Source of the DNA: Schmidtea polychroa
Taxonomy: Eukaryota
Assembly (NCBI GenBank): GCA_044892525.1
Contig: CM097885.1
Location: 19,470,001-19,534,000 of the forward strand
Direction: 5' to 3'
Length of the DNA: 64,000 nucleotides
Position 1 is the first letter of the stretch. Each line of letters starts with the position of its first letter. A program made the position numbers and the translations under genes. Under the pieces are notes generated by a model that did not search any database, was not told the origin of the DNA, and saw only the letters and a program-made list of their open reading frames with translations. Shown here in pieces: positions 26,201 through 38,267 of this stretch.

Positions 26201-27861
26201 GGAACTCAAACGAACGAGATAATGAAGAAGACAAGGAGTCAGAAGATGACGACGAAGACTTGAAGGATACTGAGGACAACTCAGACCAAAGTGAAGACAA
26301 CCAACTTAATGAAACAGAGAACGACAAACGAAAGTCCCCACTGCATAACATAGTAATGCGGAAGAATCTAAACCAGTCACTCCTACTACAAATTATCCTA
26401 ATAATACTAACGTCAATTTGCCTAACAGAAACGAAAAATACGCGAATTACGAGAGGAAATCTGAAAGAAGGCGAACTATTCATGATAAAAGTCAGCGGCA
26501 ACAACGGAAACGCGGTCGGGATATGCATCCAATTGATGGAAGGAACCGGAGTAAGTTGTGATTTTAGAACGATAACAAAAGGGAGGATTTTCAATAGTCA
26601 AAATGTAGAACCTGAATTATGCGGAGACTACAACATTTGCGAAGACATAACATCAGAAGAAAAAGAATTGGAAAGAGCTAACGAAACCGGAGTACATGTC
26701 GCAATTAAAGCTACAATGGAAGGTATCGAAATAATAGATAAAGGAAATTTGCCAACAACGCAAATATGTTTTAGAGATGACGAAGACATATGTATAACGG
26801 TGGACATGAAACGAGATCGCGAATTTTTTTGGACAAACGTAAAACCAAACACCAACATGGTGGTATGCGCAGGTACCCAGGCAATAGTGGTATGTAAAGC
26901 AGTTAAAACCGCGCAAATAAAAAGCAGGCCAAAAAGTATGGCTAGTAAACGATATCAACCAAGGATCAAACCGGCAATTAAGAAACGCCAGAAACAATCC
27001 CGTAGGGGAATGATAAGAGGACAGCACCAAACCAAGAAAAACAAAACAGTAATATGGATCAAAGATGAGAGACGAGAAGTACTAGTAAATGTCGAATTCA
27101 ACAAGAAAAGAGAAGAAGTAATCACGGTCAGAAACCAAGGTGAAGAACCAATAGTAAGAGTATGTGTACTAAACAGGACAGGAATAGTCGACTGCATAGA
27201 AACACTACTTGACAAAGGTGCAGAAGTTAAAATGACAATAGGAGAAAGAAAGGGACGATATCACATATGCGTTCTTAAAAACGGAAGCGATTTAAGTTCA
27301 TGCCAAGCAATAACCAGACAACGACCACGGATGATAAACATACTATTGACAACCAGAAAACCAAAAGAAGTGGAAAAGCCAAAAGGAAACGAACATCTAA
27401 CGGCAGAAGAAACGAAACAGTTATACCAGATGCTCAAGAAAAATAAAACACAAGAGGCAACTACAACAGAAACTAAAATGATGATAACGACAGGAAAATT
27501 CAACGAGACACTGATAACCGTTAAAATGATGTGGATCGCTAGCGCAATAATGAGTGCAGTGATAACATCAATAATAATCCAATGGATAAGAACCTCCAAA
27601 ATATGTAAACAAAAACCTAAAGGCAGAAAAAGATGGCCACAAGTGGAGAATTCCGAATATGGTATTCCAACCGAAGACCCGAATCCAGAAGAGTACGAAG
27701 CGATTGAAGATCCAAGGTCAAGCAGACTATGGACGCAAGAATTACTCAGAATACAAACCCTAGACGATTGGGTAAACGAATTTGACATATACCGGCTAAC
27801 GGATGAAAGATATGGGGGAATGCGCACATTGCATTCAGGTCCCCTGGCAACAATGGTATAA
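23296..27861 (+). CDS. gag: Gag polyprotein (capsid plus 3 CCHC knuckles) fused to acidic/coiled regions and a Cys-rich type I membrane (Env-like) module; no PR/RT/RH/IN recognised
   Basis: PFDG..FIKEFE..W..LRGSAQ and RKQKYNESNALYAGELRRLA (capsid/MHR-like); CNICQRLGHWSNEC, CQNCGKRGHTENIC, CYSCNQLGHVAREC; hydrophobic segments at ~26377 and ~27526. The same frame extends upstream to 22927 through one TGA at 23146. Confidence 0.9.
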   Translation: MKTLFESDSLTNEGENSDDIKRNELYPVTDIKPTDKEDSSSGMTSSCRDIMLDGNQVNNPNGSESTYTPEINHVNVNVGEFRERFRGEPFDGNINELETFIKEFEVYITICHWPDIVVRERIPLYLRGSAQDVYLEAKCDTTKLKTWKSIKNFLIKTFGSKREVNRKMLDFLHRKQKYNESNALYAGELRRLAKEAFDSNQTVPEDKIIAVFVEGMKRKDIRATVGCRAPDTLEEALKIANKCENYLTPVQVAAMAAVPIATTPTTTTEINQTNNENLGMNQFISESQQLFKAPKTTNPDNRGNIQFYTNNFRSNENNNRKCNICQRLGHWSNECYKTRMCQNCGKRGHTENICRGPMMSMRRGRTRTCYSCNQLGHVARECAMKTKHNQPRANDPSQNIQINIMQKIEQLKKMIQRIPEDIRKRPTREQQDQQRIEGQRPLNEKAREIQKRWKKRETNTGRINMMRLMNKGEPHTAEQCVNKKGSDMTVINETKVIKENGSHQLTEQLTELSSEDKIKIIQGFTKEEKEKRRRRDETGHEPKSNEIVTKNRIQRVLLQKIEDRIRREEPKLTDEQVKEKVKDNWFRKNEWFEKEPSNRANINMLRQIQNDQTDQEDGKSAMSSLRSELSQSSDENNEQGTPQNNEEGESDDMGSLIENDDEEIFEEISDMVSERERNESYINEPTYRKCIKLITQAYQWEGDILTATWKDLVTKYKGKLKEVDPDQYQVSIQHPETQIQIIELKVTNTDKLYNWVQQKMGTSHKNKQLYDNGYKVKMSIHLVDMMRWPNEVNILILKKNRDSESVTEILRKIQQIFNNEVEPEIEKTEQKIMKENQIILVKQAIDQTKKYINRFRERWPQLMKQFVKDVRDTEIMGFEYKRATELISKYGEYERIRCEQELPWPSNRKVTIVRESLKNSHLNKHEEMIKTSHVEDDIFGKGRSGKNDKDHNDKNEEDDGNHERNNINGNSNERDNEEDKESEDDDEDLKDTEDNSDQSEDNQLNETENDKRKSPLHNIVMRKNLNQSLLLQIILIILTSICLTETKNTRITRGNLKEGELFMIKVSGNNGNAVGICIQLMEGTGVSCDFRTITKGRIFNSQNVEPELCGDYNICEDITSEEKELERANETGVHVAIKATMEGIEIIDKGNLPTTQICFRDDEDICITVDMKRDREFFWTNVKPNTNMVVCAGTQAIVVCKAVKTAQIKSRPKSMASKRYQPRIKPAIKKRQKQSRRGMIRGQHQTKKNKTVIWIKDERREVLVNVEFNKKREEVITVRNQGEEPIVRVCVLNRTGIVDCIETLLDKGAEVKMTIGERKGRYHICVLKNGSDLSSCQAITRQRPRMINILLTTRKPKEVEKPKGNEHLTAEETKQLYQMLKKNKTQEATTTETKMMITTGKFNETLITVKMMWIASAIMSAVITSIIIQWIRTSKICKQKPKGRKRWPQVENSEYGIPTEDPNPEEYEAIEDPRSSRLWTQELLRIQTLDDWVNEFDIYRLTDERYGGMRTLHSGPLATMV

Positions 27862-28299
27862 GAAAGTGATGAGTCGATGTAAATAGTGTGTATATAAACG
27901 TGAGGGTAAAAGTAGTTTAGTAGATTAGTAATATGTTCAAAAAAAAAAAAGGTACAAAAAAAATGGGTAGGATAACTACGTATTATGAATGAATCAGAGA
28001 AACGAGGATCAAGTATATCAAACGAGGATACCACATGTTGTTGAATTGGGAAATCAACCACTAGTAAACATTAATCAGACATAAATAGTAGAAATTGATA
28101 CAAGTACAACGATAAACCAACCAAGTTAGTCAGCAGGATCAATGTGAAGAACACAATGTGAATTAATGACAAATGACAAATCATACCCAAGAATATCGGT
28201 TACGTAATTAGAATGCGTTAATGGAGAGCATCAATAGAAACTCGATATATATAACAAGAATAAAAGAGCAATAACAAATAATCGCACAATTAAAATACA

Positions 28300-29350
28300 A
28301 TAACAAACAGTTGATAAGCCAAATAAAATGGGAGGCAGGAGAAATCGGGAGATTACACGAAAACCATCAGCATGATGATATAACGAGTTAAGTTGAATGG
28401 ATAACCGGCCTACCAGGAACTGGGGAACCGGACTCAACGAGAGAGGCATAAAAGAAGGGAAAAGTAGCCCTGTAAACAAACAAAATTATAGCCAAAGTAG
28501 AAAATCCGAAATTAAACGCTATCATGGCAGAATGCCGAGGGAAAGTGGAGAGAAGTGGAGGAACAAAACTATTAATTATGAGCTGATAAGAAAATATTAG
28601 GTCAAGTCAGATGAATTCGAGGAGAGACTATTGTGTGTGGACAAAGTGTGTAGAAGATTATTAATAGGACACGTCAAACCCTATGAGGATGTAGATTATG
28701 CCATGGAGGTACTACACGAATTGTAACGAGAAAAGCAGAAATTAAAGAGAGAACCACAGCAAGAATCAGCCACATCCCAGATGACAATAATAATAAAAAT
28801 CTTAGAAGAAATAAAGCAGCGAATAATGATGACTGTCAACGAATGTCCGAGCAACTATGAAACAAAGACGCTCGAAGAAATAAAGGAAAGAATAAATAAC
28901 GCAGTCAAAGAAAAGACAATTACTCAAGATGAAATAATAAAAACATTGAGAGAGATATAGATGGAAATAATAACAACTATTGACAAAATCCCGATGAACC
29001 ATGAGACAATGACCAAAACTTTAGAAGGAATAAAGAGGAGAATATCAACTACCTTCAACGAAGACTTCGCATACTAAAATGTCCTAATAAAGATGTTCAC
29101 GGAAATCTGGAAAGGAGTAATGACGACAGTAAACAATACCCTACACACTGAATCAAATAACCTCGAAGAGGAACTCAACTCGACTGATACAATCCAACTA
29201 ATGAAAACAGTGAGCACGTTGCGAGAGATATAGAAAGAAGTGACAATCAAAACAAGGTCAGCAGAAAAAAAAAAAATTGAATGTAAAGAAAACCCAGAAT
29301 CCATAACAGTACTGATCCTGTCAGCAGCGAATCTCATGATAAATAACAAT
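28300..29350 (+). pseudogene. Probable decayed second ORF of the LTR element
   Basis: Same purine-rich coding bias as gag, with protein-like pieces (ECPSNYETKTLEEIKERINNAVKEK.., MFTEIWKGVMTTVNN) broken by stops. No family recognised. Confidence 0.4.
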
Positions 29351-30032
29351 ACTGAGCTTGATAGCCCTTAAACCCACTCAAATCCATGAAAGCACCAAAA
29401 TCTCTCAAGTTGAAAGAACAATTCCGAAGCATTCGCATTCTAATAGACGAACCAATACCCAGAGACCAAATCTATCAAATCTATCAAATCTATCTTCTAC
29501 AACCTTCAAAACTAGAACCGTCATCGAGACGAGATCCCGAACAACCGAGTGTTTAAATCCTGATATAAACCGACAATGATCTTGATATAATATGACAACG
29601 ATATTGAGTTGATTGACAATGTTCTTATTATGTGTTGACAATGATCCTGATTCGATTGACAATGATCTGAAAATGATCTAGATGTGATTTAATAATGATC
29701 CTGACATGATACAACAATGATATGATTTGATTATTATTGTGATTTGATGCCAATATTATATATTACTATGATATTATTTGAGCATAACAATTTGATTAAA
29801 TTTTGTGTGGACCGACCTTGGTCTTCTTTCTCTTCATCTGTAAACCAATCTGTAGCATGTAGCTTATCAGTAGAAACTTTTTATGTATGTGGGTATTGAG
29901 GTCACGACCCTGTAGCTCGTGGACCCAATTACATGTAGGCACTTGTAATACAGTGCAACCAATTCTGTCTAATTATATCTTGAACATTGATTAAATTGCG
30001 GGTCGCAATTTTATGGGCCCCCGAGTGTTTTA

Positions 30033-33000
30033 TGTTGGGCTAGAACTGATTTCTAGACCCAAAGTTAGGAATGGGACGAAATGTGTCAGTACACAACACG
30101 CATACCCAGCATTAAGTTTACTTAAATAAAAATATATAAAACACCAAGTAAACAATGATAATAGAGAGATAATATACCCAAAAATAAAACATCTGAATTA
30201 AAAATAAAATAAAACACGAGCAAGAAGTATTACATGAAAACTTACTCAAATATAACCAAAAGACATAAAACAACAAAAAACAAATTCGAATAAAGGCAAT
30301 TAGTAAAAATTAAAAAAGAAAATTAAAGAAAATCTTCATAAAATCTTACGTAAAGAAAATTATATCGATATTTTGAATAAAAATCCAGAACAATTCATAA
30401 AAATGGCGAAATCCATCATGACGGCCAAACGACCCAATAAAATTTATAAAAAATAAATATTTTAGTTTAAAAAATAAATATTTTAGAAAAGAAATCATAA
30501 AAAACAATTTAAAAATAAGAAATAGATTAAATTTAGCATGGAATGTTCTGGAAATGCTGAAATCCATCATGGAGGCAAATTTAATAAAAAATAATTCGAA
30601 AATAAAATTTCAAAAATAAAAACAAAAATTCTTACTGAAAAATCGCCATTAAAATCGATAAAAATTAAAAATCGAATGTTCGAGAATTAAAATAATCCGA
30701 ATTTGTTTTACTGCATCAATGCACGCATGTATACTTACACGTCAAACAGAGGCTATATAAACTAACACATTTCGTCACTTTTGAAGCAAGAAAAATATGC
30801 TAATGTTTACTCTTATGCCAAATTTTTGATTTTGATTTTTCTGAGATTGTAGGTAAGGACGATTTCATTGTGAATTATAAATTATTATTATTGAAACCTT
30901 GTTTTCATTATTTCTTTTTAACTATAGAAATGTAGGTTTGAGTGAGATCGTCGGTTATCATTGATTTTGGAGCGAGATCCCAGTCAACCCTGCACCTATG
31001 CACTTTATCATCGATGATTAAACAGCCCACAATGATTGCAGGTCACTGCCTGGCACGCACTTATCAATATCATTTGTTTTTTTTTTTTTTTGTTTTGTTC
31101 AGGTCATTCGGAGGTCGCACCACTTCATGGTTCTGCCATGGAGTTAAGTCGATGAAATCCTCCGTCTGACTCTACCTATTTATTATAGGTCAGTCGTAAA
31201 GGGTTGACTTACCACACAACAGTAAGGTTTGTCGTAGTGGTCACAGTGGGGCCGCGAAAGCAAACACTCCTCCCGACTTTCAATGCATGAATAATTTACA
31301 TAGTTAAAATCTACATCCAAAATCATCACAATACAATACACTAAGGTTAATAAACAGAGTAGATCTCAGACCTAAATTAATCACAACTCTACAATTCACA
31401 ATTAATGTAGACGGTTAAATATCATCAAGAACCAACTCTACCTATACGTTTGTCGAATCTAGATTTATAAATGTCCTAAATAAATTTTCTAGTAATAATG
31501 TAAAGTAAAGATTTTTTTTTCTAAATGATTGATTTAGTAGCGATAGTATTCATAAAGGTGTTCGACATGCGTACCGGCAAGACTTGGATTTTAAATTGAA
31601 TAGACTCTGAACTAACTATAAAAATACAAATCGTAAACCCATAAAAGTATAAATTATCATCTCAATTGCATAAAAATATGAATTGTACTTATAGATTTAA
31701 TTTCTTCAAAATATAAATTATGATTAGTTATAAAGGTATAAATTACAAATTTAATTTTTCAAAAATATAAATTACAAATCTATATTGACGGTAAAATTAT
31801 AAATTATAACTCTAAGTTGATTGTAAAAGTATAAATTATAATCTTAATTTCTTCAAAATATAAATCATGATCTTAAAAGTATAAATTATAAAATTATATT
31901 AGCTACAAAATATAAACTATAAATTTACCTTAACTTCATAAAAATATAAATCATAAACTTAAAAATATAACTTATAAAATTATATTAGCTTTAAAATATA
32001 AACCATAAAATTAGCTTCATAAAAATATAAATTATAAACTTAAAAATACAAATTATAAAATTATATTAGCTTTGGGAATATAAACTATAAATTGAACTTC
32101 ACCAAATATAAATTATAAACTTAAAAGTATAAATTATAAAATTATATCAGTTCTAAAATATAAACTATAAATTTAACTTCATAAAAATATAAATTATAAA
32201 ATTATATTAGCTTTAAAATATAAACTATAAATTTAACTTAACTTAGATTGCCTTTAACATCATAGTTGAAAATTTTTCATCAAAGACCCCCCATAAACCA
32301 TATAGTCATCAACTACCACCTAAATATACTAAATTAGCTTATCTTAATATACATTTAACTTATATTATATTTAAAACTATAAATTGTAAAATTTCATGAA
32401 TGACCCCCCTCAAAATTATACAGTCATTACCCATTACCTAAGCATACTAAATTGACTTATTTTTAATATATATTTAACTTACATTATAATAAAAAATATA
32501 AGTTGTAAAATTTCATGAATGACCCCCCCTCAAAATTATACAGTCATTACCCATTACCTAAGCATACTAAATTGACTTATTTTTAATATATATTTAACTT
32601 ACATTATAATAAAAAATATAAGTTGTAAAATTTCATGAATGACCCCCCTCAAAATTATACAGTCATTACCCATTACCTAAGCATTTTAAATTAACTTATC
32701 TTAATATATATTTAACTTATATTATATTTTAAAATATAAATTGAAAATTTTCATAAATGACCCCCCTTCAAATCATGTAGCCATTAACTATTCCTTAGGT
32801 ACACGAAATTATATCATCTTCGTATAGAGCTAAATTATATTTCAAATCAAACCAAAAAATAAATAATTCCATAATTTTCGCAAAAGATACCCCCATATGT
32901 GGGAATCTTGTAAAAAAATAAACTTACATTTATTATTATCATTAACATTATTATTATTATCGTTATTAATATTATTATTATTATTATTACTATTATTATT

Positions 33001-35057
33001 ATTATTAGTATTATTACCATTAACATTACCACTCTTATCATTATTATTACTATTATCATTACTATTATTATTATATTATTAAAATAATTATCTTTATTTC
33101 AAAAAATAAAATTATAAAACCGATTATTGATTTTGGGATTCCCCTATCTCTAAATTTAGTCTCAATGGCCCTATCTTCCAATAAAATTACGGAAAATCAC
33201 TAAAATCTATTTTTAGCAACACCCCCCCCCGGAAAACGACATCAATATTATTAATTTAAATTATATCCATATATAGGTATGTGTGTATATGTATATGTAT
33301 ATATACATGTGTGTGTGTATATATATATATAGGTGTGTGTGTGTATGTACATACAGATTTATAAAGCAACCTTATAAAAATACGATAACCTTCCCCCTCA
33401 AGACCCCTGTTATGTGATGGTCACAACCCCCTTAAGGTGATGGAGCGAGGTTAGAGTAGTTTACTGAAGTAATTTAGTAGAATCATTTATTGATTTATTA
33501 GAATTATTGGATTTATTTTTAACTAAATCAAAAGAGACTAAATTTATTTTTAACTAGATCAAAAAAAAAAAAAGAAAAACAAAGACCAAGTTTATTGATT
33601 TCGATCATCAACTTTATTCATATAATTGTTTCTTTGAATCATAGTTATACCAAGGTCCTTCGAGCACGGTTGATGGACCATCCCAATGAAATACATTTCC
33701 TGGAGTTGGAAGACTTCTGGGTAATTCCTTATTTTCTGCTTCGTTCCTTTTGGTTCAATGACTTACATATTGATTTGACGTAATATTGTTGGATGGCCAA
33801 CTATATTCCTTGCATCTCTTTTTGAGTAGTCATTGTCAGATAATTCCGCCAGGAAGATTAGTTGGTGGAGCTGACCTTGGGGCAATCAAACCTTCGTACC
33901 TCACTGAATTATTATCAACTCGATTGCTAAGGAAATTAATGAAGTTAATTAATTAAATTAAGGAAGTTAATTACAATTTTCTCATTGGTGTTGTCAAACG
34001 ATCTTTGCTCATTCGAGATGTCATAATACATTATTGATCAATAGTAATTGTTCGGAGATTCGGCCAAATGCTGATATTCCTGAAATATTATGAAATTTTA
34101 GGATATAAATGCTTAAAATTTTAATTTATTTACATTATTATATCAAAGTTAACTAAAATCATATATTTATTCAAAATTTGTTATTTAACATTAATTATAA
34201 TTACTATAATAAAACAACGAAAATTTAAATAATGTTAAATAACTTTAACAAAACAAAAAGTAATAATGAAATCAAAATTCCATTACTTTATTTAAATTAT
34301 TAGTTACCAACTTGTTCTAGTATTTTAACATAATGAATTCAAGTATATTACGGAGTTAGTTTGGTCATTTGAGGAATATTATAAATTGAAAATTTAAGTA
34401 GATTAGAATTATTTACTCTTCATAAGAACTTTTATGATTGTAATGAATCTAAACTTCATATATTAATATTACCCATAATTTACAAGTGATATTTGGATTA
34501 TGTTAAAATAGGTTGTAAGTTAACTTAACTAAATTGAAATTTTCTTTTGATCAGGTTATCGTGGGGAATGCATGTTATCTTTATCATTTCTATTGTTTCA
34601 GTTTATTAAGTTTTTTTTTTTTTTCTAATTAAATTCATTAGTCTCAGAAATTTCTTGAGGTTTGTTTAATAAACTATGGTTATGTTTCACTTAATTTATA
34701 TTCAAACATTTTAGATGTGGTGTTGTATGAACAGGCTTTAATAGAGTAATGTATGATTCCTGATGACTTATGATCGTTTGAGGATAGAGAGTTTGTATAG
34801 GCATAGTTGAGGAAGTGATTATAATAAGGGACCTGCGTAAATCGGACATACATCTTCTAACGATAGTCCGTGAACCCATTAGAGTGCTCGACAATTACAG
34901 TGCAAGTAGTGCGCTCACTTTTTGCGAGTACTCACCCTCTTGATACAGTACCAACGTTGATCGTTCAACGGGTATCAAGCGGTAAACAATGTTGTATCTT
35001 GGGTTACGCTGGTAACAGCACTAAAGAGCAAAATATTTGATCATCAGTAACCCACCA
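30033..35057 (+). repeat. 3' LTR (5025 bp)
   Basis: Copy of 14048-19159, differing visibly by one ~88-bp minisatellite indel and homopolymer lengths. Confidence 0.97.
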
Positions 35058-35935
35058 ATAGCAAGGTTTAGATGACAATTTTTCTTCTCAAATTTCGATC
35101 AGTTATAGGGTCATAATTAATCTCATTCAAGAAACCGGTATACTTACTCACTCTATTCCAATGATTTCTAATCTGATCATGTTTTAATACAGCAAGTACA
35201 CTATATATAAAAAGCACATATTGTCTGTATTCTTAATGTTCACTATTGCAGTTTTATTATACAACGATGTTGGTGTTGGTATATATAAATGGCCGGATAA
35301 GCGATTAATTGGATAATATTTTGTCAAGATAAACACAATTTCTTTAATTTTATTTATTCGCCACCCACTACCGAGATATGTAAATTTATCTATTTTCTCG
35401 TTTGATTTTTGTGACCCTTTAATAATAAAATCATCCGAGAAAACAAGTGCTGTATTTGAAAAATAGTTGTCCCTAATTTCTCCATCTTTTTCAAATTGTA
35501 TAAAAACTGTAAATTGTATTTTTTCAGACCCGATCTTGCTTATTTCTAATGCTAGATGAACCCTAATTTTATCCGTTAAAGATATTTGAATCAATTGATG
35601 TTTAGAAACATCAAATCGTAGATTTTTTCGAGCACTTTGAAACTCGATAGTTATAATAGGATCATCATCTACATGTAAAGACCCTCCTACTTGATTAATA
35701 GGAATACGAGGGGAATCAGCAACACCTGCTTCATTGTCACTTTTTTAATAATTTTAGTTGAGACAACTTCATTTTTATTTTTTACAGACCTTTTATTGTT
35801 ATTATTATTAATTATGTTAAAGAATTGCCTATTAAAGATTTCTCTAAACATTTCCTTCCTATTTGATGAAAACTGATTTATTAAATGTATTCACTGTAAA
35901 ACTCTTTAAAAGTAGAATGGTTAATAGTCTTGCAT
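35058..35935 (-). pseudogene. pPolB A, N-terminal part (continues at 14047); 5' limit approximate
   Basis: KIQF..GSGWRINKI..YIPTP..AIVNIKNTDNMCFLY, the Polinton pPolB N-terminal motifs. Confidence 0.88.
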
Positions 35936-36213
35936 TTATGATATAAAATATTCGATTCTGTTGAATCTACGACCGTAATATGATGTCATTAGAGCATGGC
36001 ATTTGGAGTTATGCTCGATTCCAGATACGCCGTATCGAGGATATAAAAAACCCGATAAATATAAAATAAACAAGTCGTAGTTATATATTATTATTAATAT
36101 TTTGTGGCAAAATTTATATCTTGAATTTATATTTCATTTTATTAAATATATACTTGACAACAAATGCCAAAATTATCATTTAATTGTTTAATATTATTAT
36201 CGTTATCATTATT

Positions 36214-36364
<151 letters not shown>

Positions 36365-36437
36365 CATCATCATTATTATAAAAATTATTAATATTATTAC
36401 TACTATTATTAACATATAAAATAAAAATAGAAAAAAA

Positions 36438-36813
36438 TCAACATTTTTCATGGACATCTTTGGCTTCCATAATTATTTCATCGGAGACATAATTTATTTC
36501 TTCATTAATTACATCTAAAAAATGCAGTTTTAAAAAATATATAAAATTAAAATAATTTACCATTTTCAAAAATTCTGGAAATATCCAGGAGATATTCATT
36601 TTCTGTGATCTCGAACGAATCTCCGATAAAAAAATCTAAAATAATATTAATAAAATTAATTGAAAAAATAAAATTTACCATTTCCTTCATGTTCATTCGA
36701 ATTTCCACGAAATTGTAGAGAATTAGCTTGACTAGTTTCTAAATAATAAAGTAAATATCTATATAAAATTAAAATTTAAAATTACCACCGACAACTTTTG
36801 AATTATTAGCCAT
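36438..36813 (-). CDS. Multi-exon acidic protein (exons 36813-36786, 36738-36679, 36635-36561, 36514-36438), positional equivalent of 4946-5608
   Basis: Three phase-1 introns of 47, 43 and 46 nt give MANNSKVVGETSQANSLQFRGNSNEHEGNDFFIGDSFEITENEYLLDISRIFENDVINEEINYVSDEIIMEAKDVHEKC*. Same promoter motif as the first copy. Confidence 0.7.
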
Positions 36814-36960
36814 TTGTGAATTTGAAAATAAATTGTGACAAAACTACCAATGTCAATGTTTATAAAGTGATTGTGACTTTAAAAATCAAACAATCAACAA
36901 CATATACATTTTAAAATCAATAAAATAGATTAAACAATAAAATAAAACCAGAAACATTTA

Positions 36961-37345
36961 TTATAAATCAAATATTTTATACACCAACCATATTAAACAG
37001 TGTTGACCCCATGTTTGAGTCATTGAATTTTGAAACATTGTTTTATTATATACAATAGGTTTACCCATTCTTTGAAATTTCGATACCAATAACGCAGGAT
37101 AATAGAATCCCATAGGATCGAATACATGTATCCTATCGGGTTTTACATAGACTCCAATCCAATGTTGACCACCAAGATGTGATGAATGGGTATTGACGAT
37201 TATGTCTTGATTATTACGTAAATATGGTATTTTATTCAATGGATATACTCCAACAAACTCATTTCCTAAAAACTGTTTTCCAATTCGATTGACCTGTATA
37301 AAACTACCTCAATAAATTAGATAATACACAAAGAACTTACTCCAT
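36961..37345 (-). pseudogene. Adenain-type protease, copy 2 (37-nt intron 37304-37340; catalytic Cys replaced by Trp)
   Basis: MDFIQVNRIGKQFLGNEFVGVYP..GQHWIG..FDPMG..QTWGQHC. Confidence 0.9.
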
Positions 37346-37379
37346 GACAAATTTTTAATATTACCAAACGCATTTTTAC

Positions 37380-38267
37380 CTATACCAGAACAGTTCTATT
37401 TGCAGTAATTCGTACCTCATTTTCAAATACTCCATATATTCTAACATGCACAGGTTCTGCAATAGCTTTTGCAAACTTTATATCTAATCGTAAATTTCCA
37501 TTTGGAGGTAATTGACTCTGATTCAAATCAAAATCAGGTGCGAAAACAAATGTAAAGAACGGTTATTTGGTTTTGAATTCTTCAGGAATTATTCCACAAT
37601 TCAAATTTTTATCTAAATAGTCCATATTTCTTGCAATACTTTGCATATATGTAGCAGAGTAATTATCATTATCAAAATCTTGATTATATGTTTCTCTATA
37701 ATCAGTATTTTTCGATAGTGACAAGGATGTAACATCAAAGTTTTTGAAAATTGAGCTTGAAGCAATGTATGATCCATTATATGGAGTTTCAGATTGAAAT
37801 GTTATCAGAATCAAGTTTGGCATTCTTCTATCTCCATATATTTGTTCCTTATAGAAGGAAGAAGCACCTTTGGCTATTGCAAATGAAACAATTTCTTTGG
37901 TTTTCAGTGGATAGATCGCATGCTTAGAATTAAGACCCAACTGATGACCTGCTAATACCGACGGATCAACTCGAACTCGTCTTACTTGTAATTTTGCATC
38001 AACTAATTGACATATTGGTTGACCATTAGCACTAGTTAGTGACAATGCAGAATCGGTTCTTTTCAACCTAATGTGCACATTGACTCCTGGAAGTAAATAT
38101 TATGGTTGATCTAGAAAGTCAGCTGTAATGATGAACACATGGTAAAAATCTTTGAGCCTTTAATCCACTTTTTTCTATCGTCATCAGTTCCCGCATAGCC
38201 CATAGGAGTAAGATATGTATTTTTAGTATCGGTATTATAATTTAAAATAGTTTCTATTATCGCCTTG

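Larger units (their letters stand above)
14048..35057 (+). mobile_element. Giant (21,010 bp) non-autonomous Gypsy-like LTR retroelement
   Basis: TG..CA LTRs of 5112 and 5025 bp, exact 4-bp TSD ATAG (14044-14047 / 35058-35061), PBS and Gag with three CCHC knuckles. Removing it restores pPolB NLAI|SVFSYK. Confidence 0.96.

Noticed and set aside
23187..28061. Minus-strand ORFs opposite gag (e.g. 27261-28061, 26055-26594)
   Set aside because: Shadow frames of a purine-rich coding strand with no recognisable motifs.
30033..35057. Segmental duplication or assembly duplication of 14048-19159
   Set aside because: TG..CA ends, exact TSD, PBS and clean interruption of pPolB identify these as LTRs.
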